A stretch of DNA of 64,000 bases, from the NCBI GenBank assembly GCA_026936335.1, contig JAPMXV010000049.1, positions 434,001 to 498,000 of the forward strand, read 5' to 3'. This document shows, piece after piece, positions 43,459-54,798 of this stretch. Every line of letters begins with the position of its first letter. Position 1 is the stretch's first letter. The stretch is from Mantamonas sphyraenae STR306. Its lineage: Eukaryota; Protista; CRuMs. Below the pieces are notes generated by a model. It saw only the letters and a list, made by a program, of their open reading frames with translations. It was not told where the DNA came from and did no database searches. The position numbers and the translations under genes are program-made.

Positions 43459-46400
43459 ATGCAGACGATCTGGCAAGTAAGAGCTGGTTTAGCGAGAGCT
43501 CAGGACGCAACACAGGAAGTCCCGAGGAAACCGGGCGCACAAGGCGCAGTCGACATAGCACACGGCGGTCATATGGCCTGGATGATTCGGGCGAGCTGGA
43601 CTTTGACAAATTGATGTCGGAGCTGGACGACGAGGTGACCCCAGAGTCGGAGGGGCACAAGACTCTGAAGCGTACAAGCGGAAGTGGACGCAAGCGGGTG
43701 GAGGAGGAACCCAAGTACAGCTGGGAGCGTTCGGGAGGCCTGGGATTGAGTGGAGGAAGCAGCAGCCGGCGACGCAACAAGGAAGAGGAGGCCAGGGAGC
43801 GAAAGCGGGCACAAGAGGAGGCAGAAGCGAAGCGTAAACGGGATGAGGAGGCAGCAGCAGCTGAACGCAGGCGACGCAAGGAGGCAGAGGCAAAGGCAGC
43901 GGCAGCAGCGACGGCGGAGAAGTCGAAGAAACTCAAAGCGAGCGAAGAGGACGAATATGAGTACGGAGATGATGATTGGGACGACTTTGATGACTTGGAA
44001 GAACTGAGCATGACGGCAAGCAAACTGAGTGTGGATGCATCGCCGGCCCAGAGTGCAAGTGGCACGGACGAAGAACAACGACGACGACGACGACCACCAC
44101 CACAACAACAGTGCGCTCAATGTGAGTGTGCCCAAGATCCCGCTGGATGCAGAACAGCCAAGCGACGGCGGAAGCAGCGACGATGGCAGTGTGGGCGCTG
44201 AAGACATTGCACCACGGTCTGGACGGCGCGTGGCACCGTTGCCATCCGATGGACCCCCGTCACCCGGAGCGCCCTTGACACCACGTGCAGACGGTGGAGC
44301 CGCGACCAATGGGGGACGTGGCGGCTATGGTGCGGTGGGCAGCAGCGGGGTGACGAATGTGAGCACGGCGAGTGCTGTGAGCGCAGTGAGTGCGGCGAGT
44401 GATGATGTCACGGGGCCTCGCTCGTCGTCGTCGGTGACCAACACATCGCACAACTCGCTGGAGTTGAGCACATCCACACTGGGCTCCACCATGGAGACGT
44501 TGCGTCCTGTGAGACAGCCTCTGGCGCCGTTGAAGGAGGATGAAGCAGCGGCGGATGAGGAGGAGGAGGATGAAACGCACAGTGACGGAAGCAGTAGCGG
44601 CGAGAGCCACAAAGGAGGCGCCACGATTGTCTCGATGGCTCCAAGTGGAAGCACGGCGACTGAGGACGAGGACGACCTTTGGAAGGCTAGGCAGCAGTTT
44701 CTGAAGGAGAGTGCTGAGGAGGAGGAATCAGAGACGGAGGCCACGAAGGATGTTCCGGACAAGGAGAAGGAGAAGGAGGAGGAGGAGGAGGAGCAACATC
44801 AACAGTCGGGCAGCACGCAGAATGGGGACAAGATCGACATGGAAGGCAAGACGCTGAACCTCGACTTTGCTGACTTTGGCAAGCAATGGCAAGCATCTCA
44901 TCCGTCGACGCCGTCGAGCAAGGCAGCAGACAAGATTGTGGAGGGGCATACCCATGAGAAGCAGCAAACCAAAGAGGAGAAGGAGGAGAATGAGGAGGAA
45001 GAGACAGACGCGCAAGATGCAACAGTGGGGGACAGGAAAACGCAAGAAGCCGAGCAGAGGGCGGCACACGACAAGCGCATGGCCGAACTGATGGCAGGAT
45101 TGAATGTCAACACGAGCGGAAGTGGCGGTAAAGGAGGAAGTGCGGGGGGCACAAACGACCCATCGAGTCCTGACTGGTTTGATGCACACTTGAAGCATCT
45201 GCGCAAAAGCAGCGAGGTGGGCCTGGAACTGGCGTCGAACAGCGATGAGGAGGAGGAGGATGACGACGACATGACCGTGGATTCCTCTGTTGCAGAGTCA
45301 CCAGTGGCTCAGGGTGCGGAGTCTGCGTTTGTGTTTGATCGCAAGAATCTCGCCGGGGTGGTGGAACGCGATCGGCGCACCTCAAAGGCGGCCACGAAGG
45401 CACACAGCAACTCATCCAAGAGCAACACAACCACTGGTGGCAAGCACAGCGGTGGCAAGAGTGGCAAGAAGGTGACGACAAAGAAAGGCAGCAAAAAGGG
45501 CGGAGGTTATCAGGTGTCGTCGCGTCTGTACCCTGGCCCAGAAGCAGCCAAGAAGAAGAAGGAGGAAGCAGAGAGGAAGCGCCGGGGAGACGATGGGGAG
45601 AGCTCGCTGTTGTATGTGGGGGGCGGAGGCAGCGGCAAAAAGAGTTCGACGACGCTGCGCTCCAGCAAGTCGCCTCGTTCGTCGTCGACACGCAAGCGGT
45701 CGCATGGCACAGGTGTGGCTACAGGAGGAGGAGGAGGAGGAGGAGGATCTTCTGGGCGATCGCAGCAGCACGGTGGCAGCGGCGGCAGCAAGAGCAACAG
45801 CAAGGGTGGGCGTGCGTCGAAGCACCGCAACGACGACGACGTCGACGACAACGACAATGAGGATGACGACGAAGACGACGATGGCGAGGAGTTGCGCAGG
45901 GTGATGCAGGCAATGCTGAAGGACGACAAGAAACAAGAGGCGGCGCGTGCAAAGAAGCAGGAAGCGTACGGGAAGCGACTGAAAGAACTGGAAGAAACGA
46001 TTGACGAGACGCTGATGGAAGCACAGCTGAGCAATCTGCTGGCAAAGCAGCAAAAGGCAAAGGCAGAGACAGCCATGGCGGAACTGAACTTGTCGGCGAG
46101 CCTGGATGTGGCGTCGCTGCAGCAGCAGCAGCAGCAGCAGGCGATGGCACGTGGGAAGCGAACGGGGGGTGCAGGCGGAGGTGTGCGCAACAGCGTGGGA
46201 TCGATGATGACGGCTGGGGCGGGGCCGGAGAAGGAGAATGCGATGCGAAATAGCATGCTGGAAACGAGCGCCGAGTGGAGCAGCATCCGACGTGAATGGG
46301 CACAGATGTCACAGGCCAAGGCGGAAATCAAGGAACTGGAGTTTGAGAATCGGCTGGAGCGGCTGCAGTATGCGTTGGACAAGGCGGAGGAGGCGAAGCG

Positions 46401-49050
46401 GGAGGTGGAACGAGAAAAGGCCGCACAGCTGGCGTTGAAGGACAAAAAGATGAACGAAATGCGAGCAGGGTACGAGGAGCAGGTGAAGGAACTGCGCATT
46501 GCCAACAGTGAGTTGGAAAAGAGTGCAGCGGGCAACTCGCATGCAGCGTTCAAGCAGAGACTGCTGGCGGGCGAAGACATGGCAGGCATCAACCGGGAGG
46601 AGCTGGATGCGGTGCGACGCGAGTTGCAGGAACTGGAACGACTTGTGGACGGGTATCAGCGAGAGAACGAGCGTCTGGTGACGTCGAACAGAGAGCTCCA
46701 GGCGCAGGTGAAGGCGTTGCAACGCAGCAAATACGACGAAAACGAACGGTTGGTGGAGCAGATCAACATGCTGCAGACGCAGGTGGCCAACAGGGACGTT
46801 CACGGACACGGACACGGACACGGACACGGGAGCGAGGGTGGAGGTGGTGCTGTCGGTGCCGGAGGAGGCGCCGCTGCGGGCGGCATGGCAGCGATGCAGG
46901 AGAGGCTGCGGGAATACGAAGGGGAGATTGCACATCTTCGGAAGGAACTGACGACACGCGAGGAGGACTTTCGGTACGAATTGGACAAGGTGCGCGCGGC
47001 CAGCAGGAGGGAGGCGTGGGGAGGACAGCAGGAGATGGGAGAGAGCATGGGTCTGCGCGCGAGTCTGGGCGCAAGCAGCAGTGGCGCAGTGCGTGCACTG
47101 AAACTGGAACACGAAGAGGAAGTGGCTGCGTACGAGCGTCAGATCAAGTCGTTGCGTGCCAAGATCGAGTGGTACGTGGAGAACCAGGATTTGCTGACGA
47201 AGCATGAGATGACGATTCGGCAGCAGAAGATGACCATCAAACAGCTGGAAGAGGAGCTGCAAAAGGCGCTGGAGGAGAGCCGTGGCGAAGGGGCCGGGGC
47301 CGGAGTCACCGTGGACAAGAAGGGACGCGTGGTGCGTCGTACGCCGTCGCGGCCGGCCGATGTGAAGCGCATCCGAGAGCTGGAAGAGCAGGTGGCAGAG
47401 TTGGAGAAGGCTATCCGAGAGCGCAATCCCAACTCGATCACGGCTCTGATCGCAGCCAGCAACCAGGGGGCGCAGGAACAGAGTGTGGAGGTGAAATTCC
47501 TTCAGGATCGTGTGTCGCAGCTGCAGGAACAGTTGGCACTGAAGGACGAGGAGATGCAAGTCAAGGTGCGCACTCTGCGTCAGGAGTACGAAAAGACAAA
47601 GGCGATGTACGAGCGGCGAGACGAGGGTGGTACCAGCGGTGGCGTGGGAAGCGGTGGAGGTGGCGGAGGAGGAGGAGGAGGAGGAGGTGAGGGCAAAGGT
47701 GGACGTGTGGCGGAGCTGGAACAGCAGGTGGAGGAAATCCGGGCACACTTTAAGCGAAAGGTGCGTGATCTGGAGAGCAAGGTAAAGAGCACGGAGAAGC
47801 GGATGGAGCGGCCAAAGAGCGTGCGTCGAAGGAGAAGGAAAAGGCAGAGAAGGCTGAGAAGAAGGCAGAGCGGCTGGAGAAGAAGCTGGAGCGAAGCAAG
47901 AGCCATGCTGGGACGGCAAGGGTGAAGAGCAGCGGGTATGGACAGAGCAGCAGTGCACGCAAGTGTCCGACGACACCGAGGCGGAGGATCGCGAACGTGA
48001 GGAGCGGGAGCAGCAGCAAAGGCAGCAGGAGGAGGTTGAGCGGCTGGAGAAGGCGGTGCGCGACTGGAGGACAAAGTACGACGACGCAAGGGACGAGCTG
48101 GAGAGATTGCAGAAGAAGCAGGTGAAGAGTGGATCGGAGGAGAGCGGCGGCAGCGCAAGTGGCCGAGGGAAGGGTTCAGATGCACAGGAGCTGGTGCGTG
48201 CATTGGAGTTGGGCAGGAGTGCACGCGAAGCTGTGGAGCGGGCTGGGATGACTTGGTTGGACGGCCGGGAGAAGGGTAAGCATGCAGGAGACGAGCAGCA
48301 CGAGAACGAAGGCGGTGGATCGACGGTGGTGTGGCAGGTGTTGCATCAACTGCACGCCAACCTGAAGGAAGGCATGCGGGAGGTGCAGGAGCTGCGGGAA
48401 GCCAACGACGCCCTGGAAACGGCAGTGATGCAGCAAATGTTGCAGGGAGGCAGTGGGAGCAGCAGCAGCATAGCAGCGGCGGCGGTGGCAAGAGTAGCGG
48501 CGGCGGAGGGACCAAGAAGGGTGGGAAGCAGTCTTCGGCGTCGTCGGGAAGGACCAACAAGCACCTGGAAAAGATGCTGGACATGAACCGCAAGGAGGTG
48601 GAACGGCTGACGGCGCTGGTGCGTGCGTACGAAGAGCAGGAGACAAGCGAGTACAAACGGTCTCCTGCAGTGCGGCACGTGGAGATGCTGGAGGCCAGGA
48701 TCCACGAGATGGAGCTGCGACACCAGAAGCGTGAAAGCGACTTGGAGGATCTGCTCACGCGTGCCAAAACCTACTCACGCTTGGAGATGCAAAAGAGCCA
48801 ACAGGAGTTTGAAGCATTCCAGGCGCAGAAGAACAGGGAGATTGCACACTTCCAGAACGAGCTGGGCGACATTGTCGACCACCTTCGCAGACTCAAGACA
48901 GAGCGTGTGGAGATGCGCGAACGGATCAGCGTGTTGGAGCATGAGCTGGCTGTGGAGCGGCGCAAGAAGGCAGGTGGAGGCACCGGTGGTGGTGGTGGTG
49001 GGCGTGTGATCTTTGGCGGGGCCGACGGCAGCATGACGGTTGCGTATTGA
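43459..49050 (+). CDS. CEP162: Centrosomal protein CEP162-like; about 5 apparent frameshifts (~43461, ~44075, ~47807, ~47963, ~48470)
   Basis: Segments ELERLVDGYQRENERL, IEWYVENQDLL, ADVKRIRELEEQV..IRERNPNSITALIAA and QKNREIAHFQNELGDIV match conserved CEP162 blocks. ORF pieces rejoin by single-base corrections. Confidence 0.75.
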
Positions 49051-49081
49051 TATATACGAATGAAATGGATGAAATGGATGT

Positions 49082-49654
49082 TCAGTTGACAATGTCCATG
49101 AGCTCCACCTCAAAGACAAGGGAGGCGCCGCCCGGGATGGTGGGGGGTGAACCGCGCTCGCCGTATGCCAGGTGGGACGGGATGACCAGCTTGCGCTTCT
49201 CGCCAATGCACATGCCGTTGAGTCCCTGGTCCCAGCCCTTGATGACCTGGCCTGCGCCGAGGGTGAAGGTGAACGGGTCGCCGCGGTCGTAGGACGCATC
49301 AAACTGCTTGCCATCCTTCAGCAGCGTGCCACGGTAGTGCATCTTGAGCTTGTCTCCGCTCTTGGTCTTGCGCGTGCACTCTTCCGGGCGGTGCTGTGTG
49401 TTTGTTCCGGTGTGTTGGTGGTGTGTGTGTGTGAGCGTGTGAGCGCCACGAGGAGTTGTCAGGCGGAGAGGGTTTCCGTTTTGGCTGACGAGGCACGTGG
49501 CACAACGGCGCCCGACACAAACCGACATAGGCACACCTACCTTGACGCCAATGCGCAGCGAATCGACGCTCTCACGCTTCTTTGCCTCGACCACCGAGGC
49601 GGCAATCATGAGCAGCACAGCTGCAGCAAGGACAATGGCAAAGCTGAACTTCAT
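49082..49654 (-). CDS. FKBP2: Secretory-pathway FKBP-type PPIase (FKBP2/FKBP13-like, 141 aa); exons 49654-49541, 49393-49082
   Basis: Signal peptide, then LRIGVK joined to [62 protein letters not shown]. Phase-0 GTAGGT...CAG intron. Confidence 0.92.
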   Translation of the reverse strand: MKFSFAIVLAAAVLLMIAASVVEAKKRESVDSLRIGVKVGVPMSVCVGRRCATCLVSQNGNPLRLTTPRGAHTLTHTHHQHTGTNTQHRPEECTRKTKSGDKLKMHYRGTLLKDGKQFDASYDRGDPFTFTLGAGQVIKGWDQGLNGMCIGEKRKLVIPSHLAYGERGSPPTIPGGASLVFEVELMDIVN

Positions 49655-49721
49655 CGTGTGGGTTTCGGTGGCTGCGCGAGTGGATGCGCACCCTCTCCCT
49701 CTCATTGCACTCACACCGGAC

Positions 49722-52700
49722 CTACTCCTCCTCCGTGGGTGGCGGGGGAGGCGGTGCATCCTCGTCATCGTCGCTGCTTGTGTACTCTGCATCGTCCGTG
49801 GGTGGCGGGGGTGGCGGCTCGTCCACCTCCTCGTCCTCTTCATCCTCCTCGTCCTCCTCGTCCTCCTCATCATCCTCCTCCGCGTCTGCACTACCGGTGG
49901 CATCACCGGTCTCCACCTCCACGTCCTGGGCGTCCTGGTTGAGTGCCTCACGCTGGAGAAGAGCAAGCAGACTCTGTCGGTAGGCGACCTTGTCCTCGCG
50001 CAGACGGGCTTGCTCCTCCAGAGCCTGCTCCTCGTCGGCGGAAAATGGCGGGTTGCCATTCTCCCACACGACGTGCACCTGGCCAAAGATGCGGCCCACC
50101 TTTTCGTCGTTGAGGTGCAACTCTTCGAAAAAGGGCATTGGCTCGGGACCACAGGCGCCGGCCAGACTCAGGGTGGTCTGGCCCATCAGGTCATCCGAGC
50201 CAAACGTGTCCTTGTCCTTGACCGACACCAACAGACGCTGCTGCATCATATACGCCCTATCCGAGCGGAAGGGCTCGATGCGCGGCAGGTCCTTGTACTT
50301 GCCTCCATTGGTCATGTCCTTGTGTTGCCACACGGGCGACAGCGTCTTGTTGATGTGCGCTCCCGTGATGGCATCCTCCAGGAAGCTGGCATGCAGCATC
50401 ACGTACGGGTCGGCCAGGCCGTTGGCGTCGGCTGGGTGCAGGCCGTCCGCAGCCAACGCAGTAAAGACAATCTCGCAGCGTGACGACTGCTTGGGTGCCA
50501 CGGGTTTGCGCACGGGCACCTCAAACACAGCCAACACGGGTCGGTGGTCGCTGGTTTGGATGCTGGGCACGCTGCGGTACTCGAGCTGTTCGGGCTCGCC
50601 TGCACCGGGCAAGGTCTTCCACAGCACGCGGTCGCACCAGCTGGGAATGCGCTTCTTCTCCTCTGTGTAGCCGTCTTGGTGACGCAGCATCTTGTAGGTG
50701 GGGTCGAATTCCAGGCGGCCCTCCTGGAAGTCCAGAAAGACCTCTTCGTTGGCCACGGCGTTGATGAGCTGGTCCTTGTGACGCAGCTTGTGAAGTTCGC
50801 CCTCGCTAATGTGCTTCACCGTCGTTTCGTACTCCTCTTCGATGCGGAAGTTGAGGTCGCCGCACCAGAACAGGTAGTCGAATTGGTTGGTGATCTGAAA
50901 GTCGTTGTTGCCCATCTTCAGGCCGCCGACAATCTCGCGCACGTCGCGCTTGCGATCCTCCACATTCTTCTGGTGGGCGGCCAGGTGCGAGCCCACAAAG
51001 CAGAACGTGCTCTCCTGCACCTGGAAGGAGATGGCCACGCCGCCCTTGTTGCCTGCCACATGCGCAATGCCCGTCGCCTCGGTGCTATAGTGCACGTTGC
51101 TCACCAGCGGCTCCAGCTCCTTGCGAACCACCAGTACGCAGCGGATCTCCCACATGGATTGTTTCTCCAGCACCACAAAGTCGTCGCCAAAGTACGTTTC
51201 GATCTGTGTGAAAAAGTGCTTCTCGCACTCCACGCCGTCCACCGGCTCGTACTTGCACTCCTGCACGCTGATGAAGTAGACGTCGCAGCGTTCGTCGCCG
51301 TCGGTCAGCAGCCAGCTGGCATACTCCTCCACGGCGGCGGGGCCCGCGGCGTTGCCCATGTTCCAGGTGCCCACAAACAGGCGCACGTCGTCCACCTCAT
51401 CCGTCTGGTGCCGCAGCATCATCAGCTTGTACACAAAGTCCTCGCGGTCCTCGCCGCTGGTGAAGGTCATGGCGTAGTCGTCGGCGTTGCTGAACGACAG
51501 CGTCAGCTTCTTGCTATCCTTTGCGTTGCGGTTGATTGTGGTGATGTGTGCCGCCTCGTAGGATCCCTTGGCCTCGCCCTTGCGCGTCTTGCTGTACAGC
51601 TTGCCGTCCGTAAAGTTGATTTCCAGGGTGCGGTCGCGGCTGCCCATGCGTGCACCCTTGCGCACCTCAAACGTGTACCGCGATTGTTTCAGCAGGTCAC
51701 CGTCCGAAGCCTCAAAGTCCAGCTGCGAGAGTTCGTTGTCCCACTGCACGTGCACCTTGCCCGATACGGTGCCCACGGGCTCACCTGCCAAAAAGATGGT
51801 TTCGGAGAACTTGTGCGGGCGCAGACCGCAGGCATCGGCAGCGACACGGCACACGTGCCCATCACGTCGTCCTCGCTCATCTTGTCCCAATCGGTGATGG
51901 CCAGGAGGAGTCTGTTGCGTTGCAGGTGTGCACGCGAGCTGCAGTACTCCATGGGCTCCAGCACAGGCACCTCCTTGCGCTTCCAGTATGGCGTCAACGT
52001 TTTGGTTTTGACCTGGGTCTTGCTGGTGGCGGAGAGAAAGTCTGCGTGGAACACAATGTACGGGTCTGCCAGGCCGTTGCGGTCGGCTGCGTGGAGTCCT
52101 GAGCAGCTGAGGTCGGTGATCTGGATCTTGCACTTGCCCTGTGTGTTTTCCTCCACCACCGCCGGACGCACCGTAAACTCGTACACACCGTACACGGGAC
52201 GGTGGTCGCTGGTCAGCAGGTCCAGGTTGCTGTTGTAGGCAAGGCAGTCGACGTCGGAAGGCGCACCCGGGAGTGTGCGCCACAGAATGCGATCGCACCA
52301 CGCAGGGATGCGCTGCTTCTCCTCAGTGTACGTGAGTGCATGCCTATCCATCTTGTAAGTGGGTGCAAACTCGATGGGTGCTTCGTGGAAGCCGTAAAAG
52401 ACATCCTTGTGCAGCAGCCGCTGGGTGTTGAGCTGATCCAGCTCAAGGAGACCGTGGATCTGGCGCACACCGGTGACGTGGCTCTTGGCAAGCGGACCCT
52501 CGATGGCACGCACAATCAACTTGCGGTCGCCCTTGTGGTCGACCACCCAATCGCCCATGAGGTCGCTCTCAATTGCCAGCTCGCAATCGTTGACCTGGTC
52601 CTTGGCCACGCGTGCGTCGAGATCGACAGGCATGCGCAGCGGAATGAAGCCCTCTGGGTTGTGTTGCATAAAGTAGAGGCCGTCCGAGTCCTCGTACAGC

Positions 52701-54745
52701 GTCCAGAAGTTTGCCTCTTTGGCGCTGACGCTGTACTGCTTGTGCGACGTCGGGTGCACAAACTGCAGCGTGTCGTCCAGTGACGGGTGTTCCATGAGAT
52801 CGCACTGCACCTGTTTCTTGCCTGCCTTGACGTAGTACTGGTCGTTTACGTCCGAGTACAGCTGCCACTCCACGGACGGGTCGTCGACGCGCTGGCAGTA
52901 GCGCAACAGCGTGACGTGCTGTGCACCACTGCTGCTGGAGCTGGCGTCGCCCGACGTAGACACATCCTGGCTGCCGCCGCTGCCCTCGCTGGAAACCAGT
53001 GGGGAGGACGAGGAGGAGTCTGCGGGGAAGCAGACGACGACGAAGCGCCAGATGTGCCCTTGGCACCATCCTCGATGTACCACAGGCCGAGATCCTCTGT
53101 GCAGGGGCGCAGATGGAGTGGCTTGCGTGTTTGCGGGTCGACGGTGTAGGGGCAAGAGTTGAGGCCGAGGAGGCCATCGCGGTAGGCTGGGGTGTCACTC
53201 TCGATGGCCAGGAGGCAGAGGTGACGCTCAATGTCGATGCGGTAGTTGAGATCGCCTGCCCAAAACATGTAGTCAAACTGTGTGGTGATGTCAAACTCCG
53301 GGTTGCCCAGGCGCAGGCCCTGGATGATTTCGACAAAGTTCATCTTGCGGTCTGCAACATTGCCCTGGTGGGCGGCAAGGTGGGAGCCCAGAAGACAGAC
53401 AGAGGAGCCGTAGATGTTGAAGGAGCATGCGACGCCACCCTTGTTGCCCAGGACGTGTGCAATGCCTGTGGCTTCGCTGCCCATGTCGAGGTTGGAGATG
53501 AACTCGACGTGTTCGCTCTTGACCACGAGGGTGATGCGGATCTCCATCATGCTCTTTTCAGCCAGGATGTGGTAGCCTGTGGGCACGGAGTCAACGCCCG
53601 AAGTGAGCTTCTCCTTGCCCTTTGTGGAGGTGTCGATGCCAAAGTGGCTGGCGACGCAGTGACGCCAGTGCTCTTCGCAGTTCATGCCCTTGGTCTCCTC
53701 GTTGTCAGAGGGGGGCGAGTAGCTGCACTCCTGAACGGCAATGAAGTAGATGTCGTGGTAGGGTTCGGTAGGCAGCCACGGGGCGAGACCTTCAGCGGGC
53801 GGTGCAGCGTTGCCCATGTTCCAAGTTCCCACAAACAACTGCAAGGCCTGCTCCTGGGTGTCTGCCTCCTCCTCCTCGGTGCTTGTCTGGCTGGAGGTCT
53901 CGCTCTTTGAGTCGAGGGAGGCTTTGACCGGGAGAGTGCCCTGTGCGAGTGGTCATGGCGCCGTGAGGGCAGGCCGACAAAGCGTGTTCCGGGAGAGGGG
54001 CGATCGGCCAAGGTTTTTCTGCTGTCGTCAGCAAAACGTGGCGGCAGCAGCGGCGAGGGGCAACAATGGCACATGTGTGCAAGAGACAGGCGGCCAAGCG
54101 GTGCGTAGGCGAGTGCCTGGGCGTTGGGACAAGGCTCGGGTGATGGGCACGGGGTGGGAAAGAAATCGCGGACGGCGGGGTTGGCAACAAACACCCCCAA
54201 ATTGGCAAACGGCGGAACGTACGGAGTTGCGCAGGCTCATGGATCGTGCTTTGGTCTTGCAGCGCGTCATGGCATCCTGGAAGCGGGCGCGCTCTTCAGA
54301 ATCCTTGAACCAGACTGTCTTTTCCGAGTCGTCCACGAAGCTGAGGGTGAGTTTTCGGTTGTTGTCCTTGGACGAGTTGACGGAGACGACGTCCGAGGCG
54401 TCCCAGCTCTTGACGGCGTCGCTGCGCTTCTTGGGCAGCTCTGTTGCACATGGAAAAGGGAAGCACGTCCACAGAGGGTGAGTGTGTGATGTGTGGTGTC
54501 ATGCAAGTGGAGGCGTGTTCATGCGAGCCATGCGAGAGTGTGTGTGGGGGGGGGATTGCCGAGGGCTGGAGGGAACGAGCGAACGCACCGGTCTTCTTGG
54601 CCTTGAGATGGTAGAGGACACGCTCGTCAAGGTTGACGACAAGTTTGTGGGTTCCCTTGCTCAGGCCCGATCCCTTGTTGTCCACTGTAAACCACTGGGT
54701 GGGAGATGCAAGCGGAGAGCGCGGCGGCGTGCCGAGGGTGCTCAT
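49722..54745 (-). CDS. Inositol polyphosphate 5-phosphatase with internal duplication [PH-like - 5-phosphatase - C2] x2; exons 54745-54589, 54440-54223, 53940-49722; apparent frameshifts ~53025 and ~51838
   Basis: Two full sets of [24 protein letters not shown](A/C)GDLN(Y/F)RI, PTYK, P(A/S)WCDR and SDHRPV, each followed by a C2 domain (D.NGLADPY...KTL.P.W). Confidence 0.88.
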
Positions 54746-54798
54746 CGTCGAGGTTGCGTTGGGCGAACCACAGCAACGGTGAAGCCAAAAAGAGGGCA

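Noticed and set aside
43459-49050. Multiple frameshifts in CEP162 (also in the pseudo-GAP and 5-phosphatase genes) read as programmed frameshifting, RNA editing or pseudogenisation
   Set aside because: Most breaks are repaired by restoring one base in a short homopolymer or a simple repeat (ATG[G]CA, GA[G]GCG, AAG[G]TG, CTG[G]CC). This is the usual long-read error pattern. There is no shared slippery motif and conserved blocks are intact. A read pileup would settle it.
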